This document shows, piece after piece, positions 14,426 to 28,500 of a stretch of 64,000 nt of DNA. Origin of the DNA: Bugula neritina. Taxonomy: Eukaryota > Animalia > Bryozoa. Within the stretch, counting starts at the first letter, position 1. Each line of letters opens with the position of its first letter. Both the position numbers and the translations under genes were made by a program. The DNA is taken from contig OZ037769.1 of assembly GCA_964035545.1 (NCBI GenBank), positions 2,108,001 through 2,172,000 of the forward strand. Reading direction: 5' to 3'. The notes under the pieces are model-generated. The model ran no database searches and had not been told where the DNA came from. It saw only the letters and a list, made by a program, of their open reading frames with translations.

Positions 14426-16592
14426 ACAATCCGGTTACGTTATGCTTCAATAGCTTTTATTAGTCAATGAATGAAGTTGAAACAAACAAGTCTGCCAAAT
14501 CAATTATTAAATTTGTGTTGAGAAAATTAGCTTGCTATTAGAAAATTGTATTATTGATGCTTTTTCTTGTTTTACTTCCCCTAAAATAGTTAGATTACTT
14601 TCTCAATTTATAATAAATGACTTTCAAGAAGAAAACTTACTTCATATAAATGCGAGCTATAACATGCAGTTCGGCTAAACTCAATATAGCTGTCTACCTA
14701 AATCTTGGTGAAATTATAGCATATAAAAAACTTTATATTACTATTTTTGTAGAAACTATTAGTAAAAGCATCAATCTTTCTGCATGCAGGCATAACACGT
14801 AAATGTTAATTACCATTACAACGACTTTTCTCATGCAGTATAAAAAGTATATCATGCATTATTAAAATTTTAGGCTGCAAATAGTATGGTGTCACAATAA
14901 CGCAACAATAAGCTGCTATGTCAATGAATGGGACAGCCTTCAGTCCTATAATAGTGTCACAGACCTATGTCTTGTCATGACGCAACTATGTGTAGTAAAC
15001 TGAGTTGATGTGATTGTGCACTTGGGTGATGAAAGACTGCCACATCATTAATGGGAATACAAAACAAAAACCACACTTCTATTTATAAACTAATTATAAT
15101 ATTTTGTAAGACATGTGAGCTGGCTAGTAACTCTGCTAAAGGGGGAAGAGGTAGAACATTGTTTAGACATAATATGAACTGTTAGCCACTGTAAGCTGAA
15201 ATATGCCAGTTTTAGTGCTTGGCCCTCTGCCAAGCTCCATAAAATTGTCCTAAAACTATGCTCTTTGCCAGACTACAGACTTTGTCTTAATCAGAAGCAA
15301 AAATACTGATGAGTATGGATGTTCCAACTGCTGGTATTTATGCTAATAGTTACTATAAGAGTTATACAAATTATATAGTTTATTAATACTCCTTTTTGAG
15401 CAAGTAGATGACCTTGCTGTGTTAATTTGGCAAGCTATCCAAAAACCAACTAAAGAAAGACAGTGCTGAAAATTATTCTGATGCCCCCAATAGCTAACGG
15501 AAGCACAGAGTATATGAATTAATAGTTTATCTGCCAAATCTGTAGAGATTGTGGCCTTGCCTCCTTCGGTAGCAGTGATCACCTTTCTCTTCACGAGCCT
15601 GGCATAGGCTACATTTTCATGAACCCATTCAGGTTCTAACTGCTTCATAGATTAGCTTAGAGATTATTTTTACCTCTTCATGCAGCAGGACAAAGAGTTA
15701 GAGCCTTGTTGACAATGTAAGGCCTAATCTATATCTTTTGGCAACTTCTTTTTCTAGTCCCTTGCCTTTTCCAGGTACTTTAGCTATTTGTTTGCCATCA
15801 ACATACTGTTTTTTATTATATCTAACTGATGGAATTATTATTGAATGTTTCAGCAATATAAGATATTATGCTGCATACCTATAATACAAGCGTGCTAAAA
15901 TTATGAACTAATGTATAACCTAACGCAATAATACAGCTATTTCATAATTCATGTGGCTATAGTAAGCAGACAGGATAAAGCCTAAAAGCCATTAGGCCTA
16001 TATATATTTACTCTGCAAGCACAGCCCTACTCAAGTCAATGTGCTTAGCACCGGAACCAATCATATTATAGTAATTCCCATTATGTTTTACATATCAATT
16101 GATTAGATAATATTTTATTGATTTTGCAAATTATTTTATTCAGACCCAAACAAAATGCTTTGTAGAAGTGTTAAAAAACAATAAAACATGTATCTTTAGA
16201 ACCAATAGAATATATTTAATAGGCATTGAAGCCACCATAGAAAAATAAGTAATTATTTTAAGAAATTTAATATTTGCCAATCAATAGTGTATATAAACTA
16301 TGTTATAGTTGCCGTAGAAACAAGTAAATAGTAGATAGTGACATCCTTCTTGTTTGAGCAGCATTTCCCATGACTTTTATACAAGCTGATTTGTGTTAGA
16401 GCTACAGTTACAACTACATAAGCAATGCACCAGCAGAAAATATAGAATGTTGTAAAAGGTACATGATAAAACTTAACAATGTACACTTAACGTAGGTTTT
16501 TATTAAATTTCTAAATAACAATCAAGCGTATATTGCGTTGTGTAAAAGTTATTAGCTCATAGGTATATATAACTCCTATAGTAAATATTAGA

Positions 16593-19500
16593 TTAGTCTC
16601 CATATTTAAGTTTCAAGTCTTCCATTCCATCCAATTCCGATTTTATCCATTCATCCATAACTTCATTCTGTTCTACAGTCAACTCAGCTTTCCATCCTCC
16701 ACTCTTACCTGCATGTAATACAATCTATATTATACACCTTAAATTATTACAAGAGGCCGTCTACGAATTATTTTTACCTGAATGGTATTATAGGAAGTGC
16801 TTTTCAAATTATCCCATTATAAGTTTATATTTTTTATTTTTGTTTACATAACAACCAAAAATATTTATATAAAAAGAATTAGGACAGCTATTATTTTGTA
16901 AAATTCCATAAAAGTGGTATTTATACAAAAGCCCTGTTGCCATCCAGTGGTTAGTTATTTCAAAATCTATCAAAATGAGAGCTGAAAACAACATTATACT
17001 TATTACAAAAGCAGTCATATTTATAGACTCAGATTTATATAATATACATGCAGACTCTTGCATCTTACAGAGTACCATCTTACAGAACCATCTTACAGAA
17101 ACATCTCACAGAACCATCTTACAGAACCATCTTACAGAACCACCTTACAGAACCATCTTACAGAACCATCTTACCGAACCATCTTACAGAACCATCTCAC
17201 AGAACCATCTTACAGAACCATCTTACAGAACCATCTTACAGAACCATCTTACAGAACCATCTCACAGAACCATCTTACAGAACCATCTCACAGAACCATC
17301 TTACAGAACCATCTCACAGAACCATCTTACAGAACCATCTTACAGAACCATTTTACAGAACCATCTTACAGAACCATTTTACAGAACCATCTTACAGAAC
17401 CATCTTACAGAACCACCTTACAGAACCATCTTACAGAACCATCTTACAGAACCACCTTACAGAACCATCTTACAGAACCATCTTACAGAACCATTTTACA
17501 AAACACAGTCTTCTGTTTCAGAGAAGCTTCTTAGTGAAATTTATGACAATTCTGAAAAATAAAGTATACTTTGACAGTTACTTATTTAGCCCAAGGTAAC
17601 CTACCCTTTCTATAAATAGCATGACCTCTTCCAAACTCTTTTTTTCTGCTTTCAAATGTGTTAGCCTCAGTGACTCTACGAATCTGCTCTTCTGTTAAAT
17701 CTACTCCCAGAAACTCTGCTATTCTTCTGACATTTCCTTCTAAATCCTAAAAGAAGAAAAAGACGAAATATAATATATGTTATAATAATCAAAAAAATCA
17801 ATTAGAATAAAAAATTAGAGCTTTATTAAGGCCTTTATTTTGTTATTGTTCATTTTCTGTCTTGCTGGTAAAACAAAACTGCAACTAATTGAACTTACTT
17901 TTTTCATCTCCTCAAATTGAATATTGAGAACCGTTCCCATCCCTCTGTATGGGTACCATTTCTTCATATAACTGGCATAACTTCCATACAATACTAAAAC
18001 ACAAAACATTTTAATCTTGCTCATATAAAGTTTAGTTTTACAAAGTATACATCCATCTTTCTCAAACCTATAATATAGGTAATAGTTATAATTTATGAAG
18101 TTCTAATAGAATTAAGCAGAAACTATTATATAGATTGCTTACCTTTTCCTTCAATAAAATTAGCAAAGAAATTATTCCAACTGCTGGCAGAACTTAAAAT
18201 TCTCATTTTCTTTAAGAATGGGAAATAGCTGCAGACTGTATCTTTTGGATTCCTCATACAGTGAATTACCTGCATAACATAACATAATCTAATGTAATAT
18301 AATATATTACAATATAAAATAATATAATATGCCATATAATATAATAGGAAATAATGTGAAATAATATAATGCATGGGTAAAATATAACATAATGAAATGT
18401 AAAGTGATATAATATACTATAATACATTTTACTATACATAGTAAAATATAATATAATATTATAATATAATATAATGTAATATAATATAAAATATTCTATA
18501 ATATATCTAATACGGTAGAAGCAGATTAGACTTGGCAGTAAAAGCTTACCTCCAATTATTTTGTCTGGCATTTGCTCAATGATGGCAGACAAACTAATAA
18601 CACACTGACCTACCTTTATTTTACCTTCTCCTACTCTGGAGGGAAGGAAATCCCAGGGCAGATGAGTGACAATGACTCGTGGTGTAGGATTGTTGTCAAG
18701 GTGGGCTAAAGGGTTGCTGCTTCTCTTGCTGCCTGAGAATATTATGTTAATCACAAGTTAGAACACAGATTAAGCATTACGTTGCTTTAATTTCATGCAT
18801 GGAAGCTGGTAGGTTCAAACGTCATATTGCAAGTTTTATTAAATTTAATAATTTTTTACCCGGAGCTTTACCTGAGAAAACTGGCATTTCCAGACAAGGC
18901 ATGTGATCTCGTGGGTTTTTGGAAGTTATCAAACCTTTCTCTTCATATATCGATGTTATTATTCCAGCAGTAAAATGTGTTCCTAAAATATAAATTCAAG
19001 TATAATTGGTTATTATTTAGATAATCAACATTAAATAATTTAGATATCATATAAGTCATCTTTTAGCATAATTGTTGCGAAAATAGAAAAAAATTAAACC
19101 TAGCAACCACCTGTCTTTGGATAAGTAACTAGCATAACATCATCTGGGTTGAAGCCATCATAATCTCTAATAGACTTCATCAGATCTTCATTATGAATAG
19201 TTGAAGATAGAGTGAGTCCTTCATACTGAAAGTATCCCATTATACCATGTTTCTCCTTGATTAGACCTACAGACAGGGTGTATCTAGTAGCGCCCCACTT
19301 AGTATATTATGCAGAGTTTAGGAATATTTCAATAAGGCATGTATATAATCACACACATGTATATAATCGTTTAAGAGTGAATAACCTACAAAATATTATT
19401 ATTCCAGTATATTATATGTAAGAAGTGTCTTTAGTCTATACTTTATACTAAAACTATGCCTAAACCACAGAATGTCCATTTGATTAGGTGATAATGAATG

Positions 19501-20272
19501 TAGTGTACATGAATATAATTGTATATTATTACAATGTGTTATACTGCAGCTAGCAACATTTCACTCAATGTATTCGTGTGTCAAGCAGATGTAACAACCT
19601 ACTCAACCATGTAATTATTCAATTATAACAAAAAATAATGATAAGTTTTATGCTTTAATGACAAGCTGTATGAAGCACTGATGTGATTGCGAACTTCAGC
19701 CCTTAACTTATGCACCTATTTTTACATGGTCAGGAGCAGTTTTAGGAAATTTACTACATGTTTCTGATAAGCTGCTATATACCCTGATTTTGATTACAAT
19801 TGCTTTTTGCGTTTCTATTTATAGAAATATTAGTCACTAACAAAAGCAGGCATTTTATCATAACACTCAGCTGCTCCTGTTAACTCTGCAGATCGAATTA
19901 TTGTAGAACAATGCCTACGGTATACAAGAATCCATACAATTGTAAACAAATTTATGAAAATTTTAGTAAGGCCTACACCATTCAGTAAATAACTAATCAT
20001 ATAAGTTTGCTCAACCTAATGACCACTATAATTGATATAAACACATACACAGTTGGGACAGCTATTTGACCAAAGTAATGACAATTTGATATTCATATAT
20101 ATCAACAGTATCAATGTTAGTTGGCTAGATTGAATTAAATAGATATTACACAGTTTAATAATGCCAACGACTTCTTGCACTTACCCAGCTTTAACCTTAT
20201 AGAATTGATCCATGACTTGATGTAGAGGATGATGAACATTATCAAGTTCTTGAATGTGTTGGCTGCTGTCAT
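16593..20272 (-). CDS. Cytosolic-type sulfotransferase, copy 4, 8 exons; exon 1 20272-20185, exon 2 19266-19111
   Basis: Exon 1 MTAANTFKNLIMFIILYIKSWINSIRLKL-G (88 nt); TYPKTGTHF, RVIVTHLPW, MRNPKDTVCS, YRKGKSGGWKAELTVEQNE; stop TAA at 16595-16593. Confidence 0.92.
17062..17500. repeat. 13-bp minisatellite (CAGAACCATCTTA)n, ~33 copies, in the last intron of SULT copy 4
   Basis: Direct tandem repeat; it accounts for the three overlapping repetitive ORFs at 16975-17599. Confidence 0.97.
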
Positions 20273-20397
20273 TCTTAGCTATTTTTCGCTTTCTCTCAAA
20301 CTATTTTTCACAACTAGTGCTAGTCCATTCAGTCTTTTATATGGATAAACCTAGCGAGCTCGAGTTTGTGTTCCATCAACATGCAATAATGAGGTTA

Positions 20398-20510
20398 AGG
20401 GCGGGCTTAAAATTACCCTTGTTACAGTTTTCACATGAACGAATTTGATAGGCTGATTAGATGCGCATATGTTGCGTCACTGTTTAACACGTGGAGAGTG
20501 AAGGAATGGG
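20398..20510 (-). promoter_or_regulatory. Putative proximal promoter of SULT copy 4 (GC box, E-box CACGTG at 20488-20493)
   Basis: GGGCGGGCTT ... GATAGGCTGA ... AACACGTGGAG ... GGAATGGG is conserved with 14307-14425. Confidence 0.55.
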
Positions 20511-21369
20511 TCGCATTGGGTATTACAGCCGAAGTAGAAGACACACTATTATATGGACAGCTATTATTAGTCACGGATTGTTTATTGCAACAATTGGTGT
20601 TGAAATAAATAAAGGAGTCTGCCAAATCTGTATTTGTAATATAAACATGAATTTGGTCAACAGAAATTACAAAACTTCTCAAAATATAAAGTAACAATAA
20701 TATCAATAATTATATGTCTTCACAACAGAAATTTGCGTGTTAGCTGTCTGCATGCATGATGACGGGTAATTATTGTTTATTTACCATGCAGTGCTAAGTT
20801 GGAGATGCGTAACAACTTTCAATCTTCCATGCTATATAATAATAACATTTTATGCTAATAGTGAGTTAGTATTACAGATGCCAGTTTGGAAAAACTTTAG
20901 CGTTGATCGATTTACTGCAATTTAATGCATAATGTCAGTGTATAATTTTTATGTAAATTACATTATCTTTTCTCAGAGTTCATATGATAATTTCATAATA
21001 AATTATGGTTTTGGCAGTAATAATTATATTGGAAGGATTCAAATCAAGATATGACTATAGTTATAGTAGTCTGGTGTAACAATGCTGAAATAGTTTAAGC
21101 TGTTATGTCAGTGAATAGGACACTACTAGCCTGTAATCCTAATGTCACACTCCATGTCATGATGCAATGGGAATGGTTGTGATTGATTGGTGGATAATAA
21201 TATAACACCTCTGATTGCAAAACAGTGATGACACTTCTATTGACAAAAACTAATAACAAATTATCTGTAAAATATGAGACTTTTGGAACATTGCCTATGC
21301 TGTGTCTGATAGTAGTGCTAAAGCTTGCTAGCTGTCACTTATTCTGAAATAACTAACCTATACATGGTT

Positions 21370-21495
21370 TTATAGTTGCCATCCCTGTGAGAACCCCTGA
21401 TGGACTTTTAATAAGCAGGCTAAAGATTTTTTCACTATTGTGGCAAAGGAACAATTGCTACAGAATGCCTTTTCTAATATCACAAATGACCTCTA
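21370..21495 (-). mobile_element. Degenerate copy of the SINE body seen at 39394-39588
   Basis: atagttgccatccctgtgagaac...ggctaaaga...caattg...ctaatatcac aligns by eye to the 39.4-kb copy. Confidence 0.55.
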
Positions 21496-22542
21496 CTAAG
21501 AATCTAACTATTGACATGTTCACTAAGCCAGTGCCCTCACCACTAGACAGTATTCTAGAATATGCTAGCTGTATTAGAAACTAGGCTGAGATATATGTTG
21601 TGGCTTAGGCGCACACAATGTTTTCTTTGTTACAGATGTTATTGCTTAAAATGTCCACTTGACTAAAATGATAAATTAACATTTTTTAGGTCTACCTTTG
21701 GAGTCAAGACCAAAACTCTAATGAGTACACATGTGCCTGCTGTAATTTGCACGCTCATCTGTTATATAGTAGTTATCAGAATACAAATGAATTAGGTAAT
21801 TTCACTTCACTCTTTCTCAAGCACTAATGACCTATTACTGCTGGGAAGTTGACAGACCACCAGAACAATCAAGTAATGAAAGAAATTTCTGAAAATTATT
21901 TTGATGATTTAAAGAATGACTGCATCTACTGAAGCAGTTGCGGTACCAATGCAAGCATACTAACATAAGCACACCCTGTGTATTAACGCTCTCTCCTTGG
22001 TTTATATATTAGCTTGTAGTACCTATATGTGAACCAAACTCTACTGAACAAATATTTGGTACCCAGAATATAATATTTTTGTTTGACAGCACTTTACAAC
22101 ACAGAGTGAACAATAGAAAATTCAGTAAACTACTTTTATTATACTGATGGCAAGGAAATGTGGCTTACAAGCTTCACACAAATAAATAAAAAACCAGCAT
22201 AGACATGAGGAATATTATAAAAAAATAGGAAAAAAGCTTTAAAAAATAATTATCCCACTTTATACACACCACTTTTTACACATAAAATTTCTCTGAGTAT
22301 TTATTATTGAGCAGGAGTTATATTTTATTAGTGAGGACAAAGTGAAAAGTTCTCTAAAATCAGGAAACAATTAAATTCTTCAAGTAACGGCCAACCTATT
22401 AATACTTTTATTTTGAAGTTTGTTATTGTTTTACAAGCAATTGATGTGTTTCCTTTCAACATAAATAAATAAACATAATCTAATACTCTTCAACCACAAG
22501 TTTGAGTAGTTCAGAAAGTTGTTAAGCACGTCACAAAACTTA

Positions 22543-25500
22543 TTACATGATGCTTTGCTGCAAATTGTTCAATGCGGGGATTTCATAACCTCCATCGTCA
22601 CAAGTAGCGTAGTAGTCATAGTCGCCACCGATACTCGTGTAGTAATAAGGATCCACTTCTGGTGCAGAATTTTCTAGACTGTTAGTGGTGTCGTCAACCC
22701 CCTTCTGCCCCTCTTCTCCTTCAACATACTTCATTTCAGCTGAGTCATAAGACATTAGACTTTTCCGTTCGGGTGCATTAGAGGCTGGATTTTGGGGGTT
22801 CTGCGTGGTCGTCTGTTTCTTAGCCCGTGATCTTTTGTGGTATAGCCATATGGTTATGACAATAATCAACCCTAGTACAAGGGAGACAAGCCCAGTAGAT
22901 ACACCAACCAAGGAACCTGTGAAATGATTAGAAGATTTAGCATTGAGCTAACTTCAGTGAAAGAAACTGAGTTTAAATAACAGCTGGTGCAAGAAAAAAC
23001 TTACTTCTGTGTATAAAATAAACATACTCAAATTGATTGCAAGCTGATTTGAAACTGAAAGAACTATGGACATTAATCTAAATTCTGGTCTATGAAAATA
23101 CTTTTCACGGAACTCTAACAAAATATTCAATGACTGCTAAAATACCAATAAATACATAAGCTGATAACACAAGCAGAAATGATTTCACCAATACTAAGTT
23201 ATGACCTCACCAAAACATCTTATAAATAAACAATAAGTAGAAAGACATCTTGACAACTCAGTTACAACATATCTAATGTTTTTCCACATAGAGAACACAA
23301 TTCCCAACTAACTTGTTAGCGGGTTTTGTCGACATCGAGGTAGTTTTCCGACCCAAGAAAATTTCCCATCTCTCATTTCACAGGTAAGTGTGGTTTGATC
23401 AACAGCCCTCATAAATCCCTCCTCACACGAGTAGACAGCTTCAAGCTGATTGGTTGAAGGCGATATTCTTACAAATGAGTCAGCATTTATAATTTGGGGA
23501 GGTAACTCACAGTCTGATTCTGAAAAATCAACAACTTAAAAATAATACTTAAAATCATTTTAATAAGGAATTTTTTTTTCAATAAAAATATTTTGTCTGC
23601 AAGTGATACTGTAATATTGCAACTGTAGTTGTGAAGGTAGCAAATCAATTTAGCTTCGTCAACAAAGGTTTTCTAGTTGTTCAGTCATTGCGCTTTGCTG
23701 GGATTGCACAGATTTTAAAAGCTTATCAATATAACGAATTAAATATAAACTCAGCAACAACAAAAAATAAAAATATTAACTACGTCATACGGCAATTAGC
23801 TCATTATAAATATCCAAAAGTTGACACAGGAGAGAATTCCTTTAAATAGAATGTCGAGATTAAAGGATGTAGTGGTAAGTAGAGGAGCTCTTAAAGTTAC
23901 ATGTTTGCAACGCAAACTCTTCACTTCACACGGTAATGCAAGCGTCAAAAATATAATCTAGAATAAAATTAGAATGAAGTGGATGTAAAACGGTCTGGAG
24001 TGACTGCCACACTTTTAAATATCATTAAATCATACAAAGTTAACCAAGGAATCAAATAAAATAATACAAAATAAGAAGAAACAAGAATAGATGAGGTTTT
24101 AGAAGCTGACCTATTTTATCAGTTTGAATGATTTTGTTGACATAAGATGACTCCAAACCCTCATCATTGATCGCTTTAACAGAGAAATTGACCTTGGCAT
24201 TCTCTCCAGCGTAGAGGTAATAGCTTCTGTCGGCAGTGATGACCTCATAAGGGGAGTGCAGAGGGGACAAACTGTACAGAATTTTGTACTTCACACTGTG
24301 GCAGCTGATGTTTACGGGTGGCTGAAAGTATTTGAATATTATTATAATATGACAAAGTATGTACCTAGAAATAGTATATGAAAGAAAGAAAGTGAACACT
24401 TTGATGAACTTCTAAAATAGTAACCATTATATATATAATTGCTAACAATATGTCAGGCTAATGCTACACTACAGATAATTGAGGTGTATTGGTATTTAAG
24501 CCGGGATTTTAATTTTGAAAAAATAATTACTACACTTCGCAAAGCAGAAAAACTAAAGTATTTGAATAAAATAAAAATAGTTTATAAAAAATCATAAATC
24601 AATAAAACTTGAAGTATACTGAAGAGAAAATTAGATATAAATTTGATTAGCATTACACAGTTGTGAGAAAGTGTACAATTATATAGGCCTAGTATAATTA
24701 GTTTCTGTAACCAAACTTTCAAAAATCGCTTGTAGCTTTTATATTCAGTATTGCAGACTAAGGAAGTTTAATAAAACTAAATGACGTTGAGCGTAGAGTT
24801 GGTCACAACATAGTACCTCCCACACAAGAGAACACATCCTATGCACACGTACCTGCCAGTAGAACCTGCACTTCCAGCGCCAACTCCCATCTACCAGAAT
24901 CACCTCCTGATGAGCGTAGAGAGTAGCAGGAACTGAGGGATCTGGGAAAGGGAAACATAACTCCAAGGAATATGTAAACAATGAACTGTGCCAACAAATC
25001 AATGTAAAGATAACTCTAAAATGAAATTACACTAGCAATAAAAGATAATATTAACATCATAATATATACTTAAACATTTACTGCTATGCCATAGGCTAAA
25101 AGAGAGCCTGAGTTTTACTGAATATAACTAATGTAAAGGAGAAAAAAGTGTCAATTGAACAGATTCTGTAAGAAAATCAAAATATAAGCAACAAAGCAAA
25201 AAATACTGTTTCCTGGTTTGCATCAGTACATGCAGAGACTTTGATTGACAGAAGAATGTTGAAAGGTAAAGAAAGGAAATACGTCAGCTATTCTAAACGA
25301 AAAGGAAATGACATCATAACAAGGTTTACTTGTGCATGAAGAGAACTGCATCTGAACAGATCTGTGATTGGTTGATCCCAAAACTCTCATGTCTATGTTA
25401 ATCTTCTTGTAGACAGGCAGATTACAATCCAGGAAGTTGCGGGTGGCATTCACCAGCACCCACTGTCTACTATCAACACTGATCTAAAAAATACCACAAT

Positions 25501-28500
25501 AACATTATTGTTAGTCCAAATACTAATTAAGGGGAATTTACAGTTTCACATTCTATTTCTTAAACTATAGTGTATAGCAGAAGTCATAGAGTATATATTT
25601 AGAACATTAAACTATTACAATATAATATATAAGACTATAGTATATAGAAGACCGTATAGACAATAATTTATTTATAACATTATATTATTACAATAATATA
25701 TTATTATATAATACTGTAGTGTGTAGCAGACCTCATAGCATGTTCTGGTAAGGTCCGGAAGTGGGTGGTCCCAACTCACGTTCACACATCCTCTACTAGA
25801 AGGAGTTACGGAACCTATGGCTTTCAGATTCCAGGGGAGATAACTCTCACTTTCTGTTAACATATCACTTCTTTATGTTACACACAGTTAACTTATTTGT
25901 AACATATAGCAGAATTGAGGCAAGATAAATGGACAAAATGAGAAAAGCCTGTGTTCTGGATTAGAAATGAAGCAAGAAGTTAATTTCTAGTAAAAATTTA
26001 ACCCACGCCCCAAACCAAAAATTATTAGAAAAATTGAAGAATTTAGACTATATTGAAGATGTCACCATTCTTATTGCGCAGCACATACACCAAATTTACA
26101 AAAAGATCAAGAAACATTATGTTTGTGCCATCACTAGATGATAAAAAGCTTTAGAAACTGCCCCTCATTGCTAAAGTTATGCAAGAGAATTGAAATTGTG
26201 TGATCAATATTTATTATGCAAGCTACCAAATATATTGACAAAACATAATGATAAGACATGAACATACTGATGGCAAACACCGAAAATTCTGCAAACGCAA
26301 TTCCATTGTTACTTGAGCTGAACACAGCCACATGTTGTGCAGATAAAAGTCTACCCAGTCTCCACAGACTGTAGTTCACTTGTAGAGTAGATAACTCCAG
26401 AGTAGTTTGTAAGCTAGATGGAACTTCTCTCCAACTGGGGTTGCTGAGAAAAGGTTTGCTACTTCTGGGTGACTCATTGAGCAGCACATGCAGCGTTTGG
26501 GGGTCAAATTCTGGTCAAATAAAAGCATGTTTGGTGCAGAAAAACCCCCCAAATATGAATTGTACAACAAAGAAAGTCATTAGTACTAATACAATAGCCT
26601 TTTATTACAGCCCAGTCAGCCAAAATGCACCTTGTTGTTACAAATCATTGCATGAGTTATTGTAGAACAAAGTATTTGCCATAGTTTAAACATTATTATG
26701 ATGTTAACATATTTAACATATTATGATGTTATACAATTAAACCACAAAACACATAGCATGTAGAACAAGAAATTGAAAAAATAAAATAGCAGCATGTTTA
26801 GTGTATCTGCCTAGGAAAATGCAACCATATAACATACAAAATAGTTTACTAATCACGAGGTAAAAATGGAATAAATATATAAATATTACATTACTGGTAG
26901 AAAGAACACTAGTCATTTCGAAGACATAATTGATAAATTGAAGCATGCATAACTAACTCACGATCACTTGGAGCAGCTGAATGTGATACAATCTGAACAC
27001 TGTGTACAAAGTATGTCTCTCCCAGACTAACCATCCACCATTGATTAGCTGCGGTACTAGACTGGAAATATGGCTGCTGAGTTAGTGAATCAAATCTGTT
27101 AACGGCAGCCTCAGGAGGATGCTGTGGGGCGGAGCTACTGCAGGTCACACTTTTGTTATAGGCTACGTTTCCTACAAAATGTTGAAATACTACATAAAAA
27201 GTTTGACAGGTCAACATGTCCTTAATTTGCATAACAATGTAAAATAAATCCCAAAACAATAAGTTTAGAGTAAACCTAGTTTAAATTTAAACATTTCTGT
27301 GACAATTAAGCATAGCAAATAATTTTATAAGAGTATAATTATTGAAGGTTATAGAATGCAAGTGGTAGAAGAAAATTTTGAAATAATTTAATATAAGGTA
27401 TAAAAACTTTATATAGCTGATTTAATAAACAAATCATCAACTTGATTTCGAGAGTTGTTGCCTTGGTTCCAGAAATAAGCTGGAGGTACATGATGGGAGG
27501 GTCACAACAGCCTGCCAGTTGGGATGATAACAACTAATGGATATTTTACATTAGGCTATCACCATAGTTTCTCTCTGCATAACACATTTACTTTTAACAT
27601 CCACTCTATATAATAGTCCATATATGCAAGTTGATAATAATATAGAGATAGGGTATAAAATCAAAGTATTTCTCACTGTAGCCCAGAATCTCTATCTCGT
27701 TGATGAAAAGTCCTAAAGGGTTGGTAGTATTGAGGATAAGATATTTAGCCTTGGGAACTTGAGTTGAAGCACTGGAGTTGAATGCAATGTAGAAGTTAGA
27801 TTCAATAGCGCCATGTCTCTGCAGATGGTACACAGTGCTGTGATTGGCTGAAACAGCTGATTCCAAGAAATGCACTTCAACATCCTCAAAGTGACTCACT
27901 AAAAGAGAGAGAGAGAGAGTAATTCCGAGCAAGAAAGAGGCAAATTGTCTTAATATGTAATAACTTGTCATGAGATTAGAAATGAAACAACTATTTATAA
28001 ACTATGCTAAAACTCAAAACTAAGACATTAAGCTGTTGAAAATGAAAAAAAGTAAAAAAAATCAATTGCTCGAACATTTAGCAGTGAAAGCATTTAAATC
28101 GAGTTATAAAAGTAAAATAAAGGAGAGCATATGAACAAACTCAGGTAGCAACTTAAGATTGTTTGCAGGTAGTATTTGAAAATGCTTAGCAAATGCTAAT
28201 CAAACATTGATAGAAGGTTCTTTAGCCACCCTGAAACTTGTTATCAATAGAGAGCATAGGATTTATTAGGTTTAATTAGTTGGTATGTAAGATAAACGCA
28301 TTTCATGATGTTGTAGAACATATAATATAATAAATATAAAATATTTTATTTAATATGTAATATATAGATAATAGAATATAGCTCCTTGAAATATATCCAA
28401 TAAGATATGATAGGTAAAATATATCATTAAATTACTCAATATGCAGCATGCCGTGTGGATGTAGCATGTATAATATATCCAATAAACCACCATAATAATT

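Noticed and set aside
16975-17599. Three overlapping 158-195 aa ORFs
   Set aside because: Produced by the stop-free 13-bp minisatellite inside a SULT intron on the opposite strand
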